Source of the DNA: an uncultured Acidobacteriota bacterium
GTDB taxonomy: Bacteria > Acidobacteriota > Vicinamibacteria > Vicinamibacterales > 2-12-FULL-66-21
Direction of reading: 5' to 3'
NCBI GenBank assembly: GCA_963839705.1
Contig: CAWIWL010000021.1
Coordinates: forward strand, 221,072-285,071
DNA: 64,000 nucleotides
The stretch's first letter is position 1, and the number at the start of each line of letters is the position of its first letter. Made by a program: the position numbers and the translations under genes. This document shows positions 1-9,216 of this stretch, piece after piece. Under the pieces are notes generated by a model. That model was not told the DNA's origin. It saw only the letters and a list, made by a program, of their open reading frames with translations, and did no database searches.

Positions 1-1
1 G

Positions 2-1159
2 CGGCTGGCGCCGGTCGAGAAGTACGACGAGTACTGGCAGATGCCGTTCGAGAAAGACCCGTGGTCGGTGCCGCTCGAGGAGAAAGTCGAGCTCCTCCGC
101 GGCGTCACGAGCGCGATCCAGAAGACCCCGGGCATCCTCTTCGCCAACGCGACCGCCGGCTTCGAGTACGAGTGGAAGTACCTCGCGACGAGCGAGGGAT
201 CGTTCATCGAGCAGCTCTTCCACTTCTGCAACTGTTCGGCGTCGGCGACGGCCCGGGCCGGCACGCAGGTGAAGACGCGCAACTACGAAAAGGCGGCTGG
301 CGGCGGCTACGAGTACCTGGTCAAATGCGATCTGCCCGGCCAGGCCGATCGGATTGCGGCCGAAGCCATCGAGCACTCGAAGGCGAAGCCGGTCGGCCAG
401 GGCGTCAAGGACCTCGTGCTGATGCCGTCCCACCTCGCTCTGACGATCCACGAGATCGTGGCGCACGCGACCGAGCTCGATCGCATCGCCGGCTACGAAG
501 CCAACTACGCCGGGACGAGCTTCGTCAAGATTGCCGACCTCGGCAAGCTGAAGTACGGATCGCCGAAGTTCAACGTGATCGCCGACCGGACCTATCCGGG
601 TGGCATGGCCACCGTCGGGTTCGACGATGACGGCGTGAAGTCGCAGAAATGGCAGATCGTCAAGGACGGCGTGCTCGTCGGGTTGCAGACCAACCGCGAG
701 ACCGCGTTTCTCGTCAACGAGAACTTCAGCCGCGGCTGCACCTTCGCCAATCACTGGCGCAACTATCCGTTCCTGCGCATGCCCAATATCCAGATGGAAG
801 CCGGGCCGGCAGGGTCGCCGAATGTCGAGGCGATGATTGCCGACGTGAAGGACGGCGTGCTCGTCGATGGGATGGGCAGCTTCAGCATCGACCAGCAGCG
901 TTACAACGGCCAGTTCGGGGGCGACGCGTTCTGGGAGATCAAGAACGGCAAGAAGACGCGGATGGTCAGCGACTTCACTTACAACGCCATCACCACCGAC
1001 TTCTGGGCCAACCTCGATGCCGTCGGTCCGCCCGAGGCGTGGGAACACGTCGGGATGACTGGTGACGCCAAGGGGCAGCCGGTGCAGTCGAACCATCCGT
1101 CGCACGGATCGTCGCCGTGCCTAATCCGGCGCGTCATGGTCGGCGCAGCTTATGGGTAG
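2..1159 (+). CDS. TldD/PmbA-family metallopeptidase, C-terminal part (5' end outside window)
   Basis: The frame is open to the window edge. It carries the HEIVAHATELDR metal-binding motif and a TldD-like C-terminal region (SFSIDQQRYNGQFGG ... HPSHGSSP). A PmbA-like paralog follows, which is the usual pairing. Confidence 0.8.
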   Translation, partial: RLAPVEKYDEYWQMPFEKDPWSVPLEEKVELLRGVTSAIQKTPGILFANATAGFEYEWKYLATSEGSFIEQLFHFCNCSASATARAGTQVKTRNYEKAAGGGYEYLVKCDLPGQADRIAAEAIEHSKAKPVGQGVKDLVLMPSHLALTIHEIVAHATELDRIAGYEANYAGTSFVKIADLGKLKYGSPKFNVIADRTYPGGMATVGFDDDGVKSQKWQIVKDGVLVGLQTNRETAFLVNENFSRGCTFANHWRNYPFLRMPNIQMEAGPAGSPNVEAMIADVKDGVLVDGMGSFSIDQQRYNGQFGGDAFWEIKNGKKTRMVSDFTYNAITTDFWANLDAVGPPEAWEHVGMTGDAKGQPVQSNHPSHGSSPCLIRRVMVGAAYG

Positions 1160-1274
1160 AATCTGAAATCCGAAGCCGATGCCTCTCCAAGCAGGCTGTC
1201 GCCGCAAACCACCGGCCCGAGCGAAGCGAAGGGCTGGCAGGCGCTGGGGGTGGGGCCCCAGCGCAAACTAAAAA

Positions 1275-2630
1275 ATGAGCTACTCACGCGACGACGTCAA
1301 GGCGATCACCGACAAGATCCTCGACATGGCGAAGGCCGAGGCCGTCGAGGTGGAATTCTCCGGCGGCGAGCGATCGGCGACTCGCTACGCCAATTCCACG
1401 ATCACCGCCAACTTGACCGAGCACGATCAGGAAGTGACGATCTCGGTCCGTTACGGACAGAAGTCCGGGTCGACCACCATCCATCAGTTCGATGACGCCT
1501 CGCTGAAGCGCGCGATTGCCGAGGCGCAGAGCCTGGCGAAGCAGCGGCCGGACAATCCCGAGCTGATGCCCCTCCTCAAACCGCCGCAGGACTACATCGT
1601 CGTCGACGCCGCGCTGCCGGCGGCGGTCAACTTCGGCGCGTCGGAGCGCGCCCGCCTCGTCAAGCAGAGCATCGACGTCTGTGAGAAAAAGGGAGTTGTC
1701 GGCGCCGGCTACATTCCCAAGATCCACTGGACCGACGCCCGGGCGAACTCGGCGGGGCTTTTCGCGTACCACCGCTACGCCGAGGCGAGCTTGATCCTCA
1801 CGTGCCGGACTCCGGACGCGACCGGCTCGGGCTGGGCCGGCACGACCGGCCTGAAGGACGTGACGAAGATCGATGCCGTGGGGATCAGCGAGACCGCAGC
1901 GACCAAGGCGCTGTCGTCGCGCAAGGCCCGCGCGATCGAGCCAGGCACTTACACCGTCATCCTCGAGCCCCGGCCGGCCGCGCGGTTCCTGTCGCTGCTG
2001 CTCGGGTCGCTGAACGCGCGCCAGGCGGAAGAGGGGCGCAGCTTCATGAGCGGCGGCGAGCCGGGCGCGACCAAGCTCGGACAGAAGGTGTTCGGCGACA
2101 ACGTCACGATCAGGAGCGACATCGGCAACAGCGTGCTGCGTCAGACACCGATTGGTCCCGACGGCCTGGCCGCAAAACCGACAACGTGGATCGAGAAAGG
2201 CGTGGTGAAGAATCTCGCCTACGATCGCTTCTGGGCGAACAAGAAGGGAATCGCGCCGACGCCGGCTTCACCGCAGATGAGTCTGGTGATGGACGGTGGC
2301 AACCAGACCATCGACCAGATGATCAAGTCGACGCGGCGCGGCCTGCTGGTCTCGTTCTTCTGGTACATCCGCGTCGTCGACGGCATGACGCTGCTCAACA
2401 CCGGCATGACCCGCGATGGGACGTTCCTGATCGAGAACGGCGAGATTGCCGGGCCGGTGCAGAACTTCCGCTGGAACGACGGGCCGGCGCGCGGATTCAA
2501 CAACATTTCGGCGCTCGGCCCGGCCGTGCCGATGCACATCGGCGAGGCCTACGACAACCCGGGCACGGCGCTGGTGCCGGCGATGCGGATCGAGGATTTC
2601 CGCATGACGTCGATCTCGCCGGCGGTGTGA
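1275..2630 (+). CDS. TldD/PmbA-family protein (PmbA-like partner)
   Basis: 451-aa ORF with family-typical segments (GAGYIP, FFWYIRVVD, GTFLIENGEI, C-terminal PAMRIEDFRMTS). It lies directly downstream of the TldD-like gene. Confidence 0.75.
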   Translation: MSYSRDDVKAITDKILDMAKAEAVEVEFSGGERSATRYANSTITANLTEHDQEVTISVRYGQKSGSTTIHQFDDASLKRAIAEAQSLAKQRPDNPELMPLLKPPQDYIVVDAALPAAVNFGASERARLVKQSIDVCEKKGVVGAGYIPKIHWTDARANSAGLFAYHRYAEASLILTCRTPDATGSGWAGTTGLKDVTKIDAVGISETAATKALSSRKARAIEPGTYTVILEPRPAARFLSLLLGSLNARQAEEGRSFMSGGEPGATKLGQKVFGDNVTIRSDIGNSVLRQTPIGPDGLAAKPTTWIEKGVVKNLAYDRFWANKKGIAPTPASPQMSLVMDGGNQTIDQMIKSTRRGLLVSFFWYIRVVDGMTLLNTGMTRDGTFLIENGEIAGPVQNFRWNDGPARGFNNISALGPAVPMHIGEAYDNPGTALVPAMRIEDFRMTSISPAV

Positions 2631-3004
2631 ACACAAGCCGGAGAGTTGACGCGATCGCGGGTCCTGTCGCCCGGCAGCCCCACCCGTCCTCGGCGCCAAA
2701 AGCCGTGTCGACGGGAGAGGCGCCTGCGCGGCGGGCGGGGCGGCCCCGCCGGGCGCCACCCGCTCACTGAGTCAACCCGTTGCGCTGTGGTCGCATGCCA
2801 TTGGGAAGCGACCGATGGTCCACCCGTTCACGTCTTGACACGCTCGGCGCCCTTGGTCACCATAGTGACAGCGCGCCCCCGGGGGCGCCTCCTGTCCGCG
2901 GCAAGGGAGATGACTCCCACCCCTCTCTGGTTCTGACAACGCTGTCGAACCTTCTTCCGGCCTGAATCAGCGGACGCCAGGCACTCAACGGAAGGAAGGT
3001 TTCC

Positions 3005-4894
3005 ATGATCCGGCAGATCCGTCCGGCCACGACCCTCGAGAATCTCAAAAAGGAAGCGAAGCGCTGGCTCAAGGCGCTGCGCGCGGGCGATGAGCAGGCG
3101 CGGGCACGCCTGACGCGCGCCCATCCGCAGGTGCCTGTCGATCCGGGCCTGCGCGACGTGCAGTACGCGCTCGCGCGTGAGCATGGACTTCCCGGTTGGA
3201 CCGCGCTCGTCGCGCAGCTCGAGACTCGTGCCGGCGCCGCGCGTGGCGCCGTCGACTTGATCCAGCCCGAGGAGCTTGGATTGGAGCGGCCGTATGGCCC
3301 CTGGTCGAGCCGCGGTTGCGACGTGTGGGACGCGATTCGCGCCGCCCGCTCGGGCGATGCCTCGGCCCTGCGCGGCCTGCTCGAGCGCGATCCGAAGCTG
3401 TCGCGCTACGGCGAGCCGCTCCGCTTTGCGGTACGTGAAGGTCACGTCGAGGCAGTCCAGATTCTGCTCGCTGCCGGCGCGGAGCCGGATGCCGTGGGTC
3501 CCGACGGAGAGAGCCTGACGACGGTCGCGCGCGACCGCGGTCACGAGGCTCTCGCGCGGATCGTCGAGGAGGCGATTCGCCGAAGTGTCCGGATCGCGCC
3601 AGCTGGCACGGTCGCCGCGGATCATCCAATCCATCTTGCGGCGGACGCGAACGACGCGGCGGCGCTGCGCGCGATGCTCGATGCCGAGCCGCACCTCGTC
3701 GCGCTCGGCGATCGCAAGGGCGGGACGCCGCTCCATCGAGCCGTGCTGGCATCGGCACACGATGCAATCAGCGTCCTGCTCGACCGTGGCGCTGACATCC
3801 ACGCCCGGCACGGCTCGGGTCCGGGGGATGATGCCGGCTACGCCGCCGCGGATTTCGCGCCGATCGATCTAGCCCTCTTCTGGCACGGTCGCGGCGACCT
3901 CGACACGGCGCGGCTGCTGCTCAGGCGCGGCGCCGCCAACGATCTCACGGTCGCGGCCGCCCTCGGCAATCTCGCGCGTGTCACGGCGCTCCTCGCCGAG
4001 GATCCCGCCCGGATTCGCGAGCAGCGGCCCTGCGGCAAGCGGCCGCTGTCCGCGGCAGTCGAGTTGGGGCACGACGCGATCGCCGCATTCCTGCTGGAGC
4101 GCGGCACGGACCCGTGCTGGCCGGAGGGGGCCGAGGCGCCGCGCGGATCCGCGCTCCATACGGCGGCGCGCGCCGGCAACCGCGCGATGGTGGAACTCCT
4201 CCTCGACCACGGCGCCGATCCGAGCGCCTACGTCGATGCGGCGGGGAACGCCACGTCGGCGGCCAAGACGAAGGAGCTGCGCGCGCTGCTGATGGCCCGC
4301 GGCGGCAGGCTCGACTGCTACGACCTCGTTTGGCTGAACGAAGATGACGAAGTGGTGCGGCGTGTCACCGCCGATTCGAGCGAAGCGAACGCCGGCTGCG
4401 GCGGCGTGTTCACCGCCGCGGCGACACTCGGCAAGCGCGATCTCGTCGTGCGACTGTTGAACGCCGGTGCGCGCGTGCCGCCGGTGCTGACCGCCTGCCG
4501 ATCGTACCTTCTCGAAAACGCCGGGATCCTTCGTCTGCTGCTGGCCGACGGCGGCTTGGATCCGAATCTGCCCGACTGGCAGCGCGCGACGCTGCTCCAC
4601 GTGACGTGCGGCCGCGACGCCCGGGGGCGGCCGCTCGAGACTCGCGTCGAGTGCGCCGCGATTCTCCTCGACGCCGGCGCTGACATTTCGGCCAGGGACG
4701 AAGAGTACCGGTCCACGCCGCTCGCGTGGGCAGCGCGCAACGGTCTGCCGGACATGGTCGAGCTCCTGCTCGCGCGCGGCGCGCCGACGCAGCTTGAAGA
4801 CGACGAGCCGTGGGCGACGCCGCTCGCGTGGGCAACTCGGCGAAGGCACGAGCGGATTGTCGAGATGCTGCGCGCCGCTGGCGCCACTCAGTAG
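3005..4894 (+). CDS. ankyrin-repeat protein
   Basis: Repeated G.TPLH.A...GH..IV..LL..GAD units, for example GGTPLHRAVLASAHDAISVLLDRGADI, GSALHTAARAGNRAMVELLLDHGADP and STPLAWAARNGLPDMVELLLARGAP. GGAAGGAAGG precedes the ATG. Confidence 0.8.
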   Translation: MIRQIRPATTLENLKKEAKRWLKALRAGDEQARARLTRAHPQVPVDPGLRDVQYALAREHGLPGWTALVAQLETRAGAARGAVDLIQPEELGLERPYGPWSSRGCDVWDAIRAARSGDASALRGLLERDPKLSRYGEPLRFAVREGHVEAVQILLAAGAEPDAVGPDGESLTTVARDRGHEALARIVEEAIRRSVRIAPAGTVAADHPIHLAADANDAAALRAMLDAEPHLVALGDRKGGTPLHRAVLASAHDAISVLLDRGADIHARHGSGPGDDAGYAAADFAPIDLALFWHGRGDLDTARLLLRRGAANDLTVAAALGNLARVTALLAEDPARIREQRPCGKRPLSAAVELGHDAIAAFLLERGTDPCWPEGAEAPRGSALHTAARAGNRAMVELLLDHGADPSAYVDAAGNATSAAKTKELRALLMARGGRLDCYDLVWLNEDDEVVRRVTADSSEANAGCGGVFTAAATLGKRDLVVRLLNAGARVPPVLTACRSYLLENAGILRLLLADGGLDPNLPDWQRATLLHVTCGRDARGRPLETRVECAAILLDAGADISARDEEYRSTPLAWAARNGLPDMVELLLARGAPTQLEDDEPWATPLAWATRRRHERIVEMLRAAGATQ

Positions 4895-5040
4895 TCGCGC
4901 CATCGTCTCGTCTTTCATGGGGAAAACGCGTGGTTGTTGAGCTGCTCTGGCAAGCAGTGTGCATCGCTACGAGAGAACACGACGCGTCCGGTTTCGCCGA
5001 GCTGCGGTCGCCGTGTGCGGCCGTGCCAGGAGAGTGAAAG

Positions 5041-5190
5041 ATGATTCGAAAGCTGAGCTCGGGGGAATATCGGTTGTATTCGCGAAAGGTCGACCCCAGG
5101 ACTGGAAAGCGCCGCAACCTCGGAACGTTCAAGTCCAGAGCCGCGGCCGAGAAGCATGAGCGTGCAGTCCAGTTCTTCAAGCACGGGTAG
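5041..5190 (+). CDS. small basic protein (49 aa), hypothetical
   Basis: It is below the ORF-track length cutoff. ATG 5041 is preceded by GGAGAGTGAAAG. The product is MIRKLSSGEYRLYSRKVDPRTGKRRNLGTFKSRAAAEKHERAVQFFKHG, with TAG at 5188-5190. Confidence 0.45.
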   Translation: MIRKLSSGEYRLYSRKVDPRTGKRRNLGTFKSRAAAEKHERAVQFFKHG

Positions 5191-5299
5191 CGTCTCACAG
5201 TCTGGTTATGTATCGATCCGTTACCAGCGGCCCCCCAGTCCGCGCGCCGACTACTATCTAGCAACCTTGCTTCTGTCGATCTTCGCTTCGGACATTTCG

Positions 5300-5655
5300 C
5301 CGCGAGCTTGAGGACGGAGGTCGGCGGAGCCGGAGAGGACGGAGTTAGGGAGACGGAGAGGGCGGAGTCAACGGATTCAACACGAAGAAACGGAGACGAA
5401 CGAAGATGCACGGAGGGCGGCGGGGTTAGGGGCGCCTTCCTGACACCGGTCGCGCCGCGCATTCGCGCGGGCCGTATCGAGGGTACACAGGCGATCGAGA
5501 GCACCACGCGATCCCCCAGGTGCTTTCGATCGCCTGTGTACCCTCGATACGACTCGCCGGCCGAACGGCCGGCGACGCGACCGGTGTGAACTACAGAGCA
5601 GCTCGATCTAGGCCTGTCTTCTCCGTGCGTCTCCGTTCGCTTCGTGCCTCCGTGT
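5300..5655. repeat. composite structured repeat region: short-motif arrays flanking a nested four-helix junction (core 5443-5587)
   Basis: The outer stem is 5443-5454/5576-5587. Hairpins lie at 5455-5470, 5473-5551 (33-nt arms, one mismatch) and 5555-5574. ACGGAG/ACGAAG-type motif arrays sit at 5311-5425 and, inverted, at 5608-5655. Confidence 0.8.
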
Positions 5656-5801
5656 CTAGTCTTGGTTTTGTTCGTCACTTGGTCGCGCGATGCGAGTAAA
5701 TGCCAAAAAACGCAGCGTTCTGCGATACTACTTCTCACTTCTGTAGTAAGTCCGGCGAGTCTGCTGCCAATCGACCCGCTTCTCGTAGAATCGTTACATC
5801 T

Positions 5802-7634
5802 ATGGACTCACCCACGACTTCGCGCGACACGTCGGCGCCGCTGTCAACCAATCCGCACCTGCTGAGGTGGGTGAGGAAGATGGCGGACCTGACGCAGCCC
5901 AAAGCCATCCACTGGGTCGATGGCTCCGAGGAAGAGTACGACCAGCTCTGCGATCAGATGGTGCAAAGTGGCACCCTGGTTCGCCTCAACCAGCAGCTGT
6001 GGCCCGGCTGCTTCTACGCCCGGTCGGATGCGAACGACGTCGCACGCGTCGAGTCACGCACGTTTGTGTGCTCACTGTCGAAGGACAGCGCCGGTCCGAC
6101 GAACAACTGGGTCAATCCGTTTGAGATGCACACGCGCCTAAAAGAGATGTTCAGCGGCGCGATGGCCGGCCGCACGATGTACGTGCTGGCATTCAGCATG
6201 GGGGTGCCAGGGTCGCCGATGTCGCGCATCGCCGTACAGCTGACCGATTCTCCATACGTGGTCGTCAGTATGCGCACCATGGCCCGCATCGGCCGCCCGG
6301 TGCTGCGCGAGATCGACCGCAACAATCAGCGCGTCGTTCCCTGCATGCATAGTGTCGGAGCGCCGCTCGCGCCAGGTCAGGCAGACGTGTCGTGGCCGTG
6401 CAATCCAGAGAAATACATCGTGCACTTTCCCGAAACGCGGGAGATCTGGTCCTTCGGCTCAGGCTACGGGGGCAATGCGCTTCTGGGAAAGAAGTGTTTC
6501 GGATTGCGCATCGCGTCCAACATCGCGCGAGACGAAGGCTGGATGGCGGAGCACATGTTGATTCTCGGCGTCGAGGATCCGCGAGGCGAGAAGACCTACA
6601 TGGCGGCGGCGTTTCCCAGTGCCTGCGGCAAGACCAACCTGGCGATGCTCATCCCGCCCGATGCGATGAAGGGCTGGAAAGTGTCGATGGTCGGCGACGA
6701 CATCGCCTGGATCAAGCCGGACGCGAGCGGTCGCCTGCGAGCCATCAATCCAGAGGCTGGTGTGTTTGGAGTCGCGCCGGGCACGTCGAGAACGACGAAT
6801 CCCCACGCCATGGCCACCGTCGCGCGGAACGCAATCTTCACGAACGTGGCCCTGACGCCCGAAGGAGGCGTGTGGTGGGAAGGCATGACGGAGCAGCCGC
6901 CCGCCGAGTGCCTGGACTGGAGGGGTGAGCGGTGGACGCCGGAGCTCGGCCGCTGCGAGGGCAGGACGGCGGCGCATCCCAACGCACGGTTCACCGCGCC
7001 AGCGTCGCAGTGCCCGATCATCGATACCGATTGGGAAGCACCGGAAGGCGTGCCGATCAGCGCCATCATCTTCGGCGGCCGCCGAGCCCACACCATGCCG
7101 CTTGTCTATCAGTCGTTCAATTGGAGCTCGGGAGTGTATGTCGGCGCGACGATGGGTTCGGAGACGACCGCTGCAGCGACCGGCAGCGTCGGCGCGCTCC
7201 GTCGCGATCCGATGGCGATGCTGCCCTTCTGCGGCTATCACATGGGCGATTACTTTCGGCACTGGATCAAGATGCAGCGGCTGCTCAGCGAAACGCCGAA
7301 GATATTTCACGTCAACTGGTTCCGCAAAGATGCGGACGGCCGGTTTCTCTGGCCGGGGTTTCGCGAGAACATGCGTGTCTTGAAGTGGATCGTCGATCGC
7401 GTGCACGGTCGCGTCCTCGCAAAGGAGTCACCGATCGGCTGGATGGCGCGTTACGAGGACATCGACTGGAGCGGTCTCGACATTCAGAGGGAGCAGTTCG
7501 AGGACATGCAGAGAGTCGATCCCGAGCAGTGGCGCCGGGAGGTGATCCAGCACGAGGAGCTGTTCATCGATCTGCACGATCACCTGCCGCCAGAAATGGT
7601 CTACGAACGCGAACTGCTCATCTGCCGGCTCTGA
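5802..7634 (+). CDS. pckG: phosphoenolpyruvate carboxykinase (GTP)
   Basis: The N-terminus [30 protein letters not shown] and the kinase-1a-like box [13 protein letters not shown] are typical of GTP-PEPCK. I prefer ATG 5802 over the ORF-track start 5700 because the 34 extra residues look non-homologous. Confidence 0.9.
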   Translation: MDSPTTSRDTSAPLSTNPHLLRWVRKMADLTQPKAIHWVDGSEEEYDQLCDQMVQSGTLVRLNQQLWPGCFYARSDANDVARVESRTFVCSLSKDSAGPTNNWVNPFEMHTRLKEMFSGAMAGRTMYVLAFSMGVPGSPMSRIAVQLTDSPYVVVSMRTMARIGRPVLREIDRNNQRVVPCMHSVGAPLAPGQADVSWPCNPEKYIVHFPETREIWSFGSGYGGNALLGKKCFGLRIASNIARDEGWMAEHMLILGVEDPRGEKTYMAAAFPSACGKTNLAMLIPPDAMKGWKVSMVGDDIAWIKPDASGRLRAINPEAGVFGVAPGTSRTTNPHAMATVARNAIFTNVALTPEGGVWWEGMTEQPPAECLDWRGERWTPELGRCEGRTAAHPNARFTAPASQCPIIDTDWEAPEGVPISAIIFGGRRAHTMPLVYQSFNWSSGVYVGATMGSETTAAATGSVGALRRDPMAMLPFCGYHMGDYFRHWIKMQRLLSETPKIFHVNWFRKDADGRFLWPGFRENMRVLKWIVDRVHGRVLAKESPIGWMARYEDIDWSGLDIQREQFEDMQRVDPEQWRREVIQHEELFIDLHDHLPPEMVYERELLICRL

Positions 7635-7677
7635 GCAGCCTGACTTCCCGAACGGGGTATCGAACGGTTGGCCGATC

Positions 7678-8580
7678 TTATCGGGCCGCGCCGCGGCCGC
7701 GTCCCGTCGCAAGATCGGCGGCGCTGCCTCTGAGGGGATGCGGCGCCGGCTCGGCGTCGGTCAAGCCGAGAGACCAACGGATGGCCTCGAAGTACATCTG
7801 TTGGACGTCGCGGATGTCCCAGGTCGCGCTCGAGTGGGCAAACGATCCGAAGAAGACGCGTCCCTTGCCGTACATCTTGGCCCACGCCAGCGGATGGTCA
7901 CCATCCGCGTGGACGCGCGTGTCGCCAGGCTTCACATCCAGGCGCAGGAGGACGTCGATCTTGTCCCGAGAGAACAGGCGTGGCTGATAGAACTCGTCGT
8001 TGAAGGCGAACGCGGCCGGGAAGTGCTTCGTCGCCGGAAAACCTGGACTCTCGTTGATGACGACGCCGTCACCCGTGATCGGGTGTCCGTCGAAACGCGC
8101 CCCGATCAGCTCCCCGAATTCCGGCCACGACTCGAACGCGGTCAGGCCGACGTGCGCCGCCACGAAACCATGGCCCTCGCGCACGAACTGAACGAGCTCC
8201 TCCTTTTGCGCGGCATCGAGCGCCACCTCGCGATGGCCCATGAAGAAGATCGCATCCACGTTGCCGAGGTTTGGCCCGCCGCTGGCCGGCGTGCCGTCGG
8301 TCTTCTTCGGGCTCTTCGCAATCACGTTCGAGTCGGTGCGGATCAGGGTGTCCCACATGCCGGACTCGTAGCCGAGCCGCTCGATGACCGCCAGCGCATG
8401 TCCGGTCGACTCGTGCTGGGCCTGGCCGTTTCTGGTGTCGGCCCAGGCGAGCACGCGCTTCCGCGGGCTCGCGCCGCGGCCACCCCCGGTGGCCTGCCCC
8501 GATCGCTGCTCGTCGGCAAACGCCAGCCAGCCGCACGCGGCAATGCCGATCGCAATCGTCAATCCAACGCGACGTCTCAT
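7678..8580 (-). CDS. ThuA-domain protein, exported
   Basis: N-terminal signal-like MRRRVGLTIAIGIAACGWLAFA. ThuA-like core: FFMGHREVAL..FVREGHGFVAAHVG..FDGHP..LAWAKMYGKGRVFFGSFAH. Confidence 0.65.
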   Translation of the reverse strand: MRRRVGLTIAIGIAACGWLAFADEQRSGQATGGGRGASPRKRVLAWADTRNGQAQHESTGHALAVIERLGYESGMWDTLIRTDSNVIAKSPKKTDGTPASGGPNLGNVDAIFFMGHREVALDAAQKEELVQFVREGHGFVAAHVGLTAFESWPEFGELIGARFDGHPITGDGVVINESPGFPATKHFPAAFAFNDEFYQPRLFSRDKIDVLLRLDVKPGDTRVHADGDHPLAWAKMYGKGRVFFGSFAHSSATWDIRDVQQMYFEAIRWSLGLTDAEPAPHPLRGSAADLATGRGRGAAR

Positions 8581-8593
8581 GCGAGCCCTTCCA

Positions 8594-9046
8594 TCAGTGT
8601 CCTCGTGTCGCGGCCTTGGCCTCGCGGACGATTTCAGCGAGTGCGCGAAGCGCAGCCGTATACGAACGCCATCCGAGACCCATGACCGAGCCCCGCACCG
8701 CCGGCGTCAGGATCGAACGCTGGTGGATCTCGTCTCGCGTGGCGAGGTTCGAGATGTGGACCTCGATCACCGGAAAGGGCATCGCCTTAATGACATCGTG
8801 AAGGGACACGCTGCTGAAGCTGAGACCCGCCGCGTTGATGATCGCGCCGTCCACGTCGTCCATGTGCGCCTGAAACGCTTCTACGAGCGTCCCTTCCTGG
8901 TTGGACTGCACGGTGACGAGCTCGAGGTTGATGTCTTTCGCCAGATTCTTGAGGTGGTCGTTGATTTGATCGAGTGTCGTCGTGCCATAGATCTGCGGCT
9001 CGCGCCGGCCGAGGAGGTTGAGGTTCGGCCCGTGCACGACGAGCAT
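8594..9046 (-). CDS. aroQ: type II 3-dehydroquinate dehydratase
   Basis: MLVVHGPNLNLLGRREPQIYG...QSNQEG.LVE..Q...DGAIINAAG.S.SSV.L.D...PVIEVHISN is the classic AroQ pattern. The start is placed at the internal ATG (9046), giving about 150 aa. Confidence 0.9.
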   Translation of the reverse strand: MLVVHGPNLNLLGRREPQIYGTTTLDQINDHLKNLAKDINLELVTVQSNQEGTLVEAFQAHMDDVDGAIINAAGLSFSSVSLHDVIKAMPFPVIEVHISNLATRDEIHQRSILTPAVRGSVMGLGWRSYTAALRALAEIVREAKAATRGH

Positions 9047-9216
9047 CTTCAGTCTGGGCAGCTGCTCTCCTCGCCGCTCCGGCGAGGCGTGCAGAGAGGG
9101 AGAGCCGCCCAGCGGCGGCTGTGGTGGACAGGACGGCCGCAAGGACCCACACACGCCGCCATGGCAAAGGCATAGTCAGGCTCCCGAACGTCGGCCAATA
9201 TATAACATTGGACACG

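Noticed and set aside
1160-1274. The TldD-PmbA spacer (GCTGGGG-GTGGGG-CCCCAGC hairpin, CGAGCGAAGCGAAGGGC) as a fourth copy of the dispersed repeat
   Set aside because: There are only short compositional resemblances (GCGAAG, GC hairpin). The TCATAAAC box, the GCGAGCGAGC duplication and the CCGAGGGGC hairpin are all absent.
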